NCBI RefSeq assembly: GCF_963676685.1
Contig: NC_092355.1
Coordinates: 23,064,001-23,128,000 of the forward strand
Reading direction: 5' to 3'
DNA length: 64,000 bases
Origin: Mytilus edulis
Lineage: Eukaryota
Each line of letters begins with the position of its first letter. Position 1 is the first letter of the stretch. The position numbers and the translations under genes are program-made. The notes below the pieces were generated by a model. That model worked only from the letters and a program-made list of their open reading frames with translations. It was not told the DNA's origin and did no database searches. Positions 12,301 to 26,300 of this stretch are shown here, piece by piece.

Positions 12301-15300
12301 AGATGTACATGTTTAAGTATTCATATTAAACTAAACAAACAATAAAACCATTTCATTCATGTATCATAATTTCTCTCGTAAGTTAAATTACGTTTAAAAT
12401 AATAATTAAAAGTTACGCATATTTCTAATAAATAGTACACAATGTTTTCTCTCTTTAAATAAGTTTTGATATAATAAAAAGATAGTATACATAAAAAGTT
12501 TCTTACCAACTTTGATCTGTCTAATAAAATAATGTGCATCCGTATGTTATCAAAATAAAGTCTAGACGACGAAGCGCACGTCAAAGGCGTAACGTCATAA
12601 AACAGAAACGGGAAAATGTGTTGTTCAAAAGAGCGCAACGTTACATTAGCGCTTTCATAAATAAATAGTAAAAACTGTGTTTCTTATTCTTACAAGAATA
12701 AATGAATATGTTAGTTAAACATTTAATAAATAATAAACTTATATTTAAAATTTGAATATTTCAAATCTTACAGTCCACTAAATATAGAATATGATAGTGT
12801 GAGTGGGGCATCTGTGTACTGTGGACACATTCTTGTTTGTATTATTTTCAGAAGATTTTCAGTATTCTGTCTGAACTGTTCAGCATCTGGCAAATCTGTT
12901 CATATAAGCACTTACAGCTGTTCTGAACAGTTCAGCTTTCTATCATTTCAGAAAGTTTTTTTTTAGCTGTTTTGAACAATTCAACACTGTCTGAATAGTT
13001 CAACACATTTTCAGATGTCTCTCTGAAAAATTAAGCAAGTATTTATTCTGTTCAGAATGATTTCAGTATTGTTTCTGAACATTTCAGGATCTTGAAAATC
13101 TGTTCAGAAAGTTTTCAGGGCTGTTCTGAAAAATTCAGCACTGTTCAAAGATATCAAAAAATTTTCAGCATAGTTTCAGATGTTTGTCTGAGGAGTTCAG
13201 CAATAACTGAACGTTTCAGATGTTTGTCTGAGGAGTTCAGCAATAACTGAACAGTTCAGATTATTTTCAGCTTCAGTTCAGCGATGTCTGAATTTTTCAG
13301 CACAGTCTGAACTTTTCAGAAAATGTTACAGCACTTTTTCAGCAAATCTGAACATTCCAGTAAGTCTTCAGTATTTGTTCAGAATTTGGAAAAAGTGCTT
13401 CAGCACGTTTTCAGATCCCAAAATTTGGTTCAGCATGCATTCAGCTAGGGTCCAGAACCTATTCAGCAAAACTCAGCAAAAATTCAGACATTCTTTTTCA
13501 TGAGGGCTGCTACTAAATTGGTAGTTTTAAGGAAATTTTGCAGTTTTTTGTTATTATCTTGAATATTATTATAGATAGATATAAACTGTAAACAGCATTA
13601 ATGTTCAGCAAAGTAAGATCTACAAAAAAGGTAATATGACCAAAATTGTCAATTGACCCCTTAAGGAGTTATTGCCCTTATAAGACCATTTTACACAATT
13701 TGTTCATCAAGTTTGCTAACATTTAAAAATCTTCTCCTGAAACTGCTAGGCCAAATACCTTCAAACTTTAACTAAATGTTCCTTAGGGTATCTAGTTTAT
13801 AAATTGTATCCGAAGTTTTGATCCATCGACAACCATGGCAGCCATGGCTAAAAATAGAACATAGGGGTAAATGCAGTTTTTGTCCTATATTTCAAAAACT
13901 AAAGCTTTTAGAGCAAATCTGACATGGGCTTATACTGTTCAATAGATCAAAATGTATCAGCTCCTGAAATTTTCAGATGAAACAAACAACCATTGTTGGG
14001 TTGCTGCCACTGAATTGGTAGTTTAAAGAAATTTTGCAGTTTTTTGTTATTATCTCAGATGGTGCCATTAAAACAAAATACATATATGGTTTGGCGATAT
14101 CTGGCCACAGCTTTTATTCATAATATGATAGATTCATACAATATATAATATATATATATAGATAGATAGACCATAGACCCATGTATATGTAGATAGATCT
14201 ATGGTCGGTTACCCGAAGATAATATGGCAACCAGGTAGATAGATAGATGTGAAGATAGATATATATGAAAATGTAAAGATGCACCGTGGGATACACTGGT
14301 GCTTTAAATTTAGAAAACACCGTGGGATACACAAGTGTAGTCTGTATTATCCAAAAACCTAAAATTTCATAGTTAACATTAAGATTCTATGCAGCGAATT
14401 CTGCCATTTACGGGAATATATTTATGATGCTCAAAGTTCAAATAAAAGTCACTTTTCTCAACAGCAAACAAGTTAACATCATTAGTCAAATCTGTATCAT
14501 CACTATCACCGACACAAACCTGAAAAATAAATACAAAAGAGCAGTATCTTGTTCTATAAAAAGGAGTGGGAGGGCGGGTTTTCAAGTTTACCGCTTACAA
14601 AATTTAAACAGCTTGCTTGCTGCGAGGAAATTCTAAAAAGGACTTAATGACGTCACAGAATATATCGTCACACATGTTGGGTAAATCTAAAACATGAAAC
14701 ACAATCCGTGAGTGGCCCCGGCGATAACTGAATTTAAGTCTATTAACTTAAATTCTATTATCTCAGATGGTGCCATTAAAACAAAATACATATATGGTTT
14801 GGCGATATCTGGCCACAGCTTTTATTCATAATATGATAGATTCATACAATATATAATATATATATATAGATAGATAGACCATAGACCCATGTATATGTAG
14901 ATAGATCTATGGTCGGTTACCCGAAGATAATATGGCAACCAGGTAGATAGATAGATGTGAAGATAGATATATATGAAAATGTAAAGATGCACCGTGGGAT
15001 ACACTGGTGCTTTAAATTTAGAAAACACCGTGGGATACACAAGTGTAGTCTGTATTATCCAAAAACCTAAAATTTCATAGTTAACATTAAGATTCTATGC
15101 AGCGAATTCTGCCATTTACGGGAATATATTTATGATGCTCAAAGTTCAAATAAAAGTCACTTTTCTCAACAGCAAACAAGTTAACATCATCAGTCAAATC
15201 TGTATCATCACTATCACCGACACAAACCTGAAAAATAAATACAAAAGAGCAGTATCTTGTTCTATAAAAAGGAGTGGGAGGGCGGGTTTTCAAGTTTACC

Positions 15301-18300
15301 GCTTACAAAATTTAAACAGCTTGCTTGCTGCGAGGAAATTCTAAAAAGGACTTAATGACGTCACAGAATATATCGTCACACATGTTGGGTAAATCTAAAA
15401 CATGAAACACAATCCGTGAGTGGCCCCGGCGATAACTGAATTTAAGTCTATTAACTTAAATTCTATTATCTCAGATGGTGCCATTAAAACAAAATACATA
15501 TATGGTTTGGCGATATCTGGCCACAGCTTTTATTCATAATATGATAGATTCATACAATATATAATATATATATATAGATAGATAGACCATAGACCCATGT
15601 ATATGTAGATAGATCTATGGTCGGTTACCCGAAGATAATATGGCAACCAGGTAGATAGATAGATGTGAAGATAGATATATATGAAAATGTAAAGATGCAC
15701 CGTGGGATACACTGGTGCTTTAAATTTAGAAAACACCGTGGGATACACAAGTGTAGTCTGTATTATCCAAAAACCTAAAATTTCATAGTTAACATTAAGA
15801 TTCTATGCAGCGAATTCTGCCATTTACGGGAATATATTTATGATGCTCAAAGTTCAAATAAAAGTCACTTTTCTCAACAGCAAACAAGTTAACATCATCA
15901 GTCAAATCTGTATCATCACTATCACCGACACAAACCTGAAAAATAAATACAAAAGAGCAGTATCTTGTTCTATAAAAAGGAGTGGGAGGGCGGGTTTTCA
16001 AGTTTACCGCTTACAAAATTTAAACAGCTTGCTTGCTGCGAGGAAATTCTAAAAAGGACTTAATGACGTCACAGAATATATCGTCACACATGTTGGGTAA
16101 ATCTAAAACATGAAACACAATCCGTGAGTGGCCCCGGCGATAACTGAATTTAAGTCTATTAACTTAAATTCTATTATCTCAGATGGTGCCATTAAAACAA
16201 AATACATATATGGTTTGGCGATATCTGGCCACAGCTTTTATTCATAATATGATAGATTCATACAATATATAATATATATATATAGATAGATAGACCATAG
16301 ACCCATGTATATGTAGATAGATCTATGGTCGGTTACCCGAAGATAATATGGCAACCAGGTAGATAGATAGATGTGAAGATAGATATATATGAAAATGTAA
16401 AGATGCACCGTGGGATACACTGGTGCTTTAAATTTAGAAAACACCGTGGGATACACAAGTGTAGTCTGTATTATCCAAAAACCTAAAATTTCATAGTTAA
16501 CATTAAGATTCTATGCAGCGAATTCTGCCATTTACGGGAATATATTTATGATGCTCAAAGTTCAAATAAAAGTCACTTTTCTCAACAGCAAACAAGTTAA
16601 CATCATCAGTCAAATCTGTATCATCACTATCACCGACACAAACCTGAAAAATAAATACAAAAGAGCAGTATCTTGTTCTATAAAAAAGGAGTGGGAGGGC
16701 GGGTTTTCAAGTTTACCGCTTACAAAATTTAAACAGCTTGCTTGCTGCGAGGAAATTCTAAAAAGGACTTAATGACGTCACAGAATATATCGTCACACAT
16801 GTTGGGTAAATCTAAAACATGAAACACAATCCGTGAGTGGCCCCGGCGATAACTGAATTTAAGTCTATTAACTTAAATTCTATTATCTCAGATGGTGCCA
16901 TTAAAACAAAATACATATATGGTTTGGCGATATCTGGCCACAGCTTTTATTCATAATATGATAGATTCATACAATATATAATATATATATATAGATAGAT
17001 AGACCATAGACCCATGTATATGTAGATAGATCTATGGTCGGTTACCCGAAGATAATATGGCAACCAGGTAGATAGATAGATGTGAAGATAGATATATATG
17101 AAAATGTAAAGATGCACCNNNNNNNNNNNNNNNNNNNNNNNNNNNNNNNNNNNNNNNNNNNNNNNNNNNNNNNNNNNNNNNNNNNNNNNNNNNNNNNNNN
17201 NNNNNNNNNNNNNNNNNNAATGTGTAAGATGACTATGTACACTGTAGGAGTGAAATTATTATAATGTAAACGCCCATAAATACGAAGCAAGAATAACTGA
17301 ATCAACTCAGGCAAACGCAAATTAAAAGAATGACTTTGAGAACCCTATATTAGAGTCTACTATAAATCCATGTATGCAGAAACAAACATTTAGTATAACA
17401 GCAGCAACCACTCTCTCTCTCTCATCTTAGGTTTGAACCAGGTTGCCCACATGAAACCTTATTTCCATTAAAGGACAAGGTGATTTGAACTTGGATATCA
17501 CAAGAAAGCCTATATTAATCAAAGTAAACCTGGTTAAAGTTACCTGTTAGGACATCCAAAAGTTATAAAAAATGACCTGTGTTACACAAAAAACAAAGCA
17601 CAAACAAGTGCTTAACAACATCTAGATACCCTCATAATTAAAAGCATAACATTTCAAATAGTCCCAGCATTCATGCTAACTGATACTGAAATTCAACCGG
17701 TACTATAAATCATAATAAATAACAACCATAATTTGGAATCAACTGTTGCTAAGCAACCAGTAGGGCCAATGATTTATGCAAATGAAAAGTTCCTCGTAAT
17801 GCACCAGCCTAAAATAACAAACAGCACCTAAACATACAGTGTACGATACTCGTAAATTGGGCAACTTCTAGAATTCCCACGATGAAGATTACAATACATT
17901 CTAGACTAGTATATATATAAATTAAAGCTGTTTTCGACACCTAAATACTTAAGATTTTTAACGGTGGAGTAGACTGCAAGACAAGCTGTAAATAATTACT
18001 TAGTTTGTAATAGATTTGCTAATATTACATGTACATATCCGTTTAACTGCTACTGACAAATTTAAATTACACAAAACTTAAAATAGTCTCATTTAAAAGT
18101 TGATTACAAGATAAACCCATTGCACCCCTTTTTTCCCTTAATATATATATATACATGTATAGAAAAAAAATCAATAATAATGAAAATGTTCAAAACCCTG
18201 AGACTGATTTGTAGGGTTTGTGGCAAACAGCAAAAAGAAGTCTGTCCTAAATTAGTGATCAATAAATATACACATCTATAAACTTTTGTCCTTTAAATTG

Positions 18301-20308
18301 TGGTACTTTATTGCAAAATCTGTATTCATGCAGTGCATGCATATCTGATTTTTTATCAGGTTATTAAACAAGATAAATATTATAATGTTATATAAATCGA
18401 TAGCGTCCTCCATTCAAAATTCATTTAATATATATATATTATATAACAATTATATAGAATGTACAAAATGTAACCTCATATTTACGAAAGTTTTTTATTT
18501 CAAACACATGATGCGGCATCCCATCATTGTAAGGCCATATAAATTTGTAAAAGTAACACATTCAGCAATTAAGTTTAGAAACTAAAATATAAACGTCACA
18601 CAAATCTTTTCAATCTAACCCATAAGAGTAGAAAAAGTTGTCGTAATCTATATAAATATGTTTGTTATATGTTGTAATCACATGTACATTTGTACATGCG
18701 GGGGTTTAACTTAAAAGTAATATACTGCTTTTAACTAGTAAATCTGACGATTACCTGAAAAATTCTCAACTGGATCATACCAATGCAAAGCTCTAGGGGT
18801 TGGCATAAATAACATCGATGATGATTCAATGTACAAATGTAGGTGACCAAAGGAGTTGAGTTAGTGGCGTTATGAGTCGTGAATCCAGTCCAGTCTGGTA
18901 ACCCATCTGTAAAAACTAGTGTGTCCTTGTTGTCCAAGTCTCTGGTCCAACTGTTCCAACCCTTGGCCGTGTTCTGTGGCCGAGCAAGGTCTCTAACTGA
19001 TTTACCCAACATTGTGCTACAACTCAACAAAAAGTAAATATTAGTTCCACCATTCTACATAGCATTGACATAAGAAAATCAAATGACTGTTATTCACTGT
19101 ACAAAGAAACAATAACAATTAAAAATTAAAAACCAATTCTTCAGAGAACAATTGAAGGTCTTTCCACCTCGATAATTAGAATGAAATTGAGAAAAAGATG
19201 TTAGAAAGGGTCACTCCTTGTTGATGTAATTTGGTACCTCAACTGATATAGAAAAATAAGATTAATAAGTATATGCAGAAGACTTAATTGTTTTATAATG
19301 AACAAAAACAAATTTAAAGCAAAGGTCAAAATCTAGAACGTCAAGTTGACCTTTGACCTTGACCTCAATTTCAAGGTCATAGGTCAGTGATCTCAAATCA
19401 AAAGACCCCAGGTCAATCACTTGTATGGTTGAAAAGAAATATCGATTTCAAAGACAAAAGGGGAGAAAACTCATAAAAGGGTTGACCAAAACACTTCGAC
19501 TTAAATGGGTTGAAGTTGCCCCTTGTTGTAAACAATAATTTGGCAAACACATCGTATCATTAACTGTTACATTTTCTTTTGAATAACGATAACAAGCAAA
19601 AATCAAAATTTATAACATGACCTTGACCTTTGACCTTGACCTCAATTTGAAGGTCATGGGTCAGTGAACTTAAATTAGAAGGTCCGAGGTCAATCACTTG
19701 TATGGTTGTGGAGAAATAATGATTTCAAATACATAAGGGGAGAAAACTCCTATAAGGGTTAACCAAAACACTTCGACTGATTAATTTGAAGTTGCGCCTT
19801 ATTGTAAACAGTGATTTTGCAAACATATCATATCATTAACTGTTACAGTTTCTTTTGAATAACGATAACAAGCAAAATTCAAAATTTATAACATGACCTT
19901 GACCTTTAACCTTGACCTCAATTTTCTTTATTTGGACCAAGGACTTCATATCAAAAGACTGTAGGCCTCTACAACTTATACTGTCTGAATTAACCCAACA
20001 TATCGTTTATTTGAAATTTTCAAAGGGAAATAACTCCCATAAGATGTCTTCTGATTCCCTCAGTCAAAGTAAAACAAATCATTCTTAAGAGTAGACGAAC
20101 AATTTGGTGAAAACAGTTTGTAAAAATCTTATACGGTTTTAGAGATATAGCGATAACAAGAAAAAGGGGACACGGGGAGATAACTCCTATAAGAATAAGT
20201 GTTCGGTCACACAGGGTGAGTTTTGAAACCTCCATTACTGAACAACATCGTTGGCCAAACATCCATTAGATATGTTGTAAAACAAAAAAGCATCTCAGAC
20301 GGCAGAAG

Positions 20309-20348
<40 letters not shown>

Positions 20349-23300
20349 ATCAGAAGAAAAACAAAAGGTCTTTCCACAAAAAGTGGAAAGACCTAATTAT
20401 GTATACTCATACATGTAGTTGTGTCGATAATAGTTACAATAATTTAAAAAAAATTAATTCAAAATTAGTATATACACAATGTATACAGATTTATATATTT
20501 ATTAAACTTAAATCCATAGTCAGTTGATAGTAACATACATGTAGTGTAATATTAGTATATAATTGAGTTATTACAACAATAATTCAAGCTGTGGCCTGTT
20601 TACATATGGCTAAATTCTTGATTTAACTGAACTATTCATACCATTTCGACCTAGTCTAGGCTAGAAAGTAGTAGCAACTAAAAAATGTATACATCATCAT
20701 GACACTGTGATGAACGGTTCTGGACAATTTTTAGTACACAAATGTGTAGGTACACGCAAAATTTATAGCCGGATATATACAGATAATGATAATATTTGCT
20801 TAAATCCACCAGCAAGCTAACATTTGGCAATGATTTCTTTTGGCTACTGCTTCTTAACTCCGGGTATCGTCTCTGTTCAAGATTTCCAAGATTTTTGTTT
20901 ATTTGTATCGAAAGTTGAACTTCCGGTTACGAATCTGGGTACTTCGCCCCAAAGAGTACGTCCCTTTTACGTTCATATCCTTTCATGGAATATTTGCTGT
21001 ATATGTGCTATAAAAGATCTAGATACACAATTACCGATGTATACCCTCTTAAGGAAAATTTACTTTTAATTCGGAAGTTTTCGGGAGTTCATTAAATACA
21101 CGTTACTAACCTGCATGATCTGTTACAGCGCAAAATACAATTTGTTAGGCTTACCCATAGGCAGTAGACGATCTGTCAATACTCAATTTCAATAGTATAA
21201 GATATAGGGAAAAGGTAATATATAAAAAAAATTAAACTAAAAACAAATTAAACTCGTCGTGCATCTAATTTATGTAGAAATATACAATGACGCATGGTAA
21301 ACATGATAATCATTATAGTCTGCAAATCTTAGGACAATGTTGCATCTAATTACTCACACTTGTAAAAATTAAATAATTATAAAAATGAAAACGAATAATC
21401 CATTCATGGGACCAATTTCTCATTCAGTCTTTGCATGTGCTCTCCACGTGGGGATGCAATATGGTTAAAAAATGGATCGATAAAACGAATTCTTTCTAAG
21501 ATTAGTACTTCTAATAAACATTAGAAGCATGAGTCAGTTTATAACCATACAAATTCTTACAGTAGTTTACTTTATCATTTAATTTTCAAGTTTACCGCTT
21601 ACAAAATTTAAACAGCTTGCTTGCTGCGAGGAAATTCTAAAAAGGACTTAATGACGTCACAGAATATATCGTCACACATGTTGGGTAAATCTAAAACATG
21701 AAACACAATCCGTGAGTGGCCCCGGCGATAACTGAATTTAAGTCTATTAACTTAAATTCTATTATTTTGAATATCATTATAGATAGATATAAACTGTAAG
21801 CAGCAATAATGTTCAGCAAAGTAAGATCTACAAAAAAGTTAAATTACCAAAATTGTCAATTGACCCCTTAAGGAGTTATTGCCCTTAAAAGACAATTTCA
21901 CACAATTTGTTCATCAAGTTTGTTAACATTTAAAAACCTTCTCCTCTGATTTGCAGGTGAGCGATTCAGGTTCTTGAGAGCCTCTTGTTTGTGGATATGA
22001 TTACTGTGGATTCATTATAATTCGTTGGATACCAATTTATGTGGGTTCTATGGGTACAGATGAACCATGATTTTAAATGTTTAATGAATTACAAATATTT
22101 TATAAGGTTGTATGCAGACATTGGTAAAACCAAGAAATCAAGTATCCACAAAAAAAGCAAGCTTTCCTCAATTCACTAAAAATTTGAGCCCATGAAAATA
22201 AATGAAACCACAGTATCATGAATTTAGGGAAAATAATACTGTCTTGAATGCTTTGTCTTCTGGGCTTTGAATAAAACTATATTAACGGATCAGTAGAAAA
22301 TGAAATTAGGTTTTTGGTATTCCATAAATAATGATGAATGCACAGTATTATGGCACGATGTATCGGGATAAGTCAAGGTCATTTAGTAACTAGAAATAGA
22401 GCTAAATTTGTGAAGAAAAAGGTTTTCTGGATGCTAAACCAAAGTCTACATATGGGACTGCAACCTTATACTTGCATTATAAATGGTTACATTTAACAAT
22501 AGAAAGATCCCTATTGATTTTAGATTAATAAGGTCAAGGTCATAGTGACTAAATTAGACTGAACTTTGTGCAAAAAAGTGGTATCTGGATACCAAATCAA
22601 TTACTACATATGGGATTGCAACTTGGATATATGGTCATATAGAATAAAAGGAAGATCCTGATTAATTTTAAGGTCACTATGTCTAAGGTCAAGGTCGTAT
22701 TGACTAAAATTAGATTTTAATAAAAATTATAGTTTTGTGAATATTTGATTTTTAGTTTTGCCATAATCTGCATATAAGCCTATAGTAAATTTGTACCTAG
22801 CTGAACATTTTAATTCATTGGTTTTTTTTACCCATGAAATTCAATCATGGGTTGTGCAAAATTATCAGCTTATGTAAGGATTATACAATGAAAAAGCATG
22901 TTTGTGTAAATAGTAGGAAAACTTAATAAAGATAGAATTCTAAAATTAGAAATGATAAAATAAATTTTATAATGTGTTTTGAGTAAATAAAATTATCAAG
23001 GATTATCTCCCTCTTTTTTGTGTTGCACAATAAAACAGATAGATAAACTTTACATTCCAGCTTAAGTTTAATAAAACTAAATTGTTTGAGTGATCTCCCC
23101 TTAAAAAATCAAAAGTTTTAAAATTTTGAATTGATGCAAATTTTTATGCCCCACATAATTTTTCGGTCTGTGTGTCCGTTTGTCCGTCGTACCGTTGGTC
23201 CGTCTGTCCTGCCTCAGGTTAAAGTTTTTGGTCAAGGTAGTTTTTGATGAAGTTGAAGTCCAATCTTGAAACTTAGTACACATGTACCCTATGATATGAT

Positions 23301-26300
23301 CTTTCTAGTTGTAATGCCAAATGAGAGTTTTGACCCCAATTTCACAGTCCACTGAACAGAGAAAATGATAGTGTGAGTGGGGCATCCGTGTACTATGGAC
23401 ACATTCTTATTCTTTTTTGGTTAAAAAAGATGCTGCCATAAGAGAAAATCATAAATATTGAAATGGAAAGGCTAACAAACAATTAAATTATATTTCTGCA
23501 TCACATTTGCTAATTTTAGTAAATATCTATACCAATCATTTGCAGCCATTTGCAATCAAAAAATGAATTGAAAACCCTCATTAACCTGAAGGGGTGCAAT
23601 TTACTAATATTCATATAGATTTTTATAATATATAAGTTATATTTTTTTCAGGTATATCTGAGTACTATTGTTCATTCAACTCTGATTGTATGTTCTTGTC
23701 AGCTTCATCATCGTCATCAGTGCACTGGCTAAGGCGTTCTGTAAGTATCATCAAGTAGAGTTTTGAAACTAGAAAAATGTTATGAATAGTATTACCTGAT
23801 TGATTGCTGGTTAATCCCCAGAAACAATCTATTTAGATATAGGAAGATGTGGTGTGAGTGCCAATGAGACAACTCTCCATACAAATAACAATTTAAAAAG
23901 TAAACCATTATAGGTTAAAGTACGGCCTTCAACACGGAGCCTTAGCTCACACCGAACAACAAGCTATAAAGGGCCCCAAAATTACTAGTGTAAAATCATT
24001 CAAACGGGAAAACCAACGGTCTAATCTATATAAACAAAACGAGAAATGAGAAACACGTATTTGTCTGGTAGCGGCTCTCATTAAGTGCAGGAAGTCCTGT
24101 TTTTGATGCCAAGTGAAGTCAAACCAAAGAGCTTCTTTTCTTAGCACAATACATTTGAATATTTTAGAAAAATTAAAATAAAATGTATTGTGCATCATTG
24201 ATTCTGTAATCTTAATTGCTATACAACAGATTAAGAAAATTTGAAGTATAGTCTCTCAAGAGATAAATCAATAGAGTTGCTGTCCCTTTTCAGTCAAATT
24301 AAAGAAAAAAATGAAAAAAAATGTTGAGAAAAAAATGAAAGAAAAATGTTGATAAAATGTTGATAAAAAATCTGTTCATTTAATCTTAAGATCAGAAACA
24401 TAGATGTTTTGACATATTCCATTTTTTAAATTTTTATGCATTTATGAAGAAACATATATATGTTTGTGATATTTCAGGGTTGTACACCATCCACTGCTAC
24501 TGGTCCCTGCACTGGTCATGATGGTAGCAGTTCAAGTTATTATATATTTATAGAAACCAGTTATGGGTCAACTGGTATGACAGCTTCACTGAACACAAAT
24601 GTTACCTTTGATTGTAAGATTTATTTAAGATTGCAACCCTTCCACTTTTAATACCTTTATCAAAAGCAAGATGCACTTATAAAAGAACACACAAAGACTT
24701 CTATAGCCAACTAAGCAGTATGACTTTTGCCCTACAGTGACCTATGTTTATTATAGTTGTTTCATTTGCAATCATACCACATCTTCCAACTATCATATAT
24801 ACAATAAAAACCTGTACAGGAAAAGCACTAACTCTAAAGATGACTGTATAATAGATTCCAACAGCACTTGATAAATAACAAATTATACATAATTACTAAA
24901 TTATTTTTCTTACAAGAATTTGTATGATTTTTCTGATTTATTTGCAGCAACTCCGAGATGCCTTTCTTTCTATTACCACATGTATGGTTCTACTATAAAT
25001 GAGCTTCAAGTTAAAGTTAGAAGTAGTACTGATTGGAGTGGGACTGTTGTTTGGTCTAAGAAGTACGATCAGGGAAACATTTGGCATTCTGCCAGTATTG
25101 ATATTCAAGCTGTTTCATCATTACAGGTATATAGGCTTGAATACTATTTACTGTAAATTCAAAAATTATTGTGTTCATTCATTATTGCGATTTTTTAATA
25201 TTGAAGAAAAATGTGAGATTAATTATTGCAATGTCAGGAAAATATGTCAGTATCCATTTTTACAACACAAAATTTAGGAGGTGTTGGTTTCTGCAGTTCC
25301 TTTTTATCTTTTTTAGAAAGGAGTAGGTCCGGTAAGGACTCATTTTGGCCTCAAATTTCAGTTTCATCTGACGAAAGATTTTGACCACTTTCTAAACACT
25401 TAAGTGACTATTTCACTTGATTCTATTAGTTTATGTGAAAGATTTTAACTGATTAAGTCATTAAAAACGATCTGATTGAAGCTCAAATATGAAAAATCTT
25501 TCAAATATGCCAAAAACGTCACTTTTCAGATGGTTTTTGTCAAAAATGAAAGTGGCCGCATTCATGTTCATCCACAACCTTTATATATGTTATGTATTAT
25601 CATAAAATACAACTTACATTGCAATATTAAGGATGAACACGAATGCGGCCACTTTCGTTATACACGGAAACCGTCTAAAATTTAACTAAAATGATAGAAT
25701 TTTGAAGATTTCAGTAATTTAACATGACTTAATGGTGCTACAACACGATATATGTGCATTGTATTGTCAAAAACAGTCATATTTATGTAGCAGAAGCATT
25801 CAACTGTCCAATAAATAACTAAAAGTTTACATTTTAACAATTTTGTAAAACTGTTATATTTTTGGGCCAAAAAGGGGCCTTACCGGACCTACTCCTTTGA
25901 TTATATAATATATTTGATATGTTTTGTTTTTTTCAGATTCAGTTTATTGGAATAAAGGGTTCATCATACACAGGAGATATAGCTCTGGATGAAATTAAAC
26001 TTATGAGGGGAACATGTAGTATGTATTAACTCTAGGTTATCGGGGGCTCTTTTTACAAAAAATCTTAGTGTTAAAAATCTTAGTGTAAAAATTTTAGTGT
26101 TAAAATCTTAGTGTGAAAATCTCAGTGTTAAAAATCTTAGTGTAAAAGTTATTCAAAATCTTAGTGTAAAAATACTAATAAGTCATACACATTTCAGTAT
26201 AATTTATGATGAATTTAAATTATGAGATTTTTTGTGAAAAGAGTCACAGAACCATATGGTGTTAGAGATTAACAAAGAAGTTGATGTTTTACATCTGTCA

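Larger units (their letters stand above)
7946..13506. mobile_element. Non-autonomous CACTA/EnSpm-like DNA transposon (~5.6 kb)
   Basis: 12-bp TIR CCCTCATGAAAA/TTTTCATGAGGG; ~0.7-0.9 kb subterminal regions saturated with TTCAG/CTGAA motifs; interrupts host motif gggttgctgc seen intact near 13998; probable 2-bp TSD. Confidence 0.7.
14048..21767. mobile_element. ~7.7-kb composite element with (A-B)x4-A-[gap]-unique-B architecture (rolling-circle Helentron-like or split-direct-repeat type)
   Basis: Interrupts host ttgttattatcttgaat; terminal 185-bp B block recurs at 21583-21767; 10-bp-stem hairpin at end of B. Confidence 0.7.
7575..21990 (+). mobile_element. Helentron-associated (HINE/pearl-like) non-autonomous element split by two large insertions
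   Basis: 5' tttttagctca..gtgagc stem plus (gtc)n microsatellite; ~0.5-kb core repeats starting aaaatcttctcct (7660, 13727, 21933); 3' caggtgagcga plus hairpin aggttcttgagagcct plus cttgtt. Confidence 0.75.

Noticed and set aside
15155-15196. Minus-strand CTGATGA...GAAA in the 708-bp unit as a hammerhead
   Set aside because: Stem II does not close with an R-Y pair next to the core, and no stem III or NUH site follows.
14114-17041. Repeated 70-72 aa ORFs (MYPTVFSK.., MMLKVQIK..) as a tandem gene cluster
   Set aside because: They are translations of microsatellite-containing 708-bp repeat units with no domain signature.
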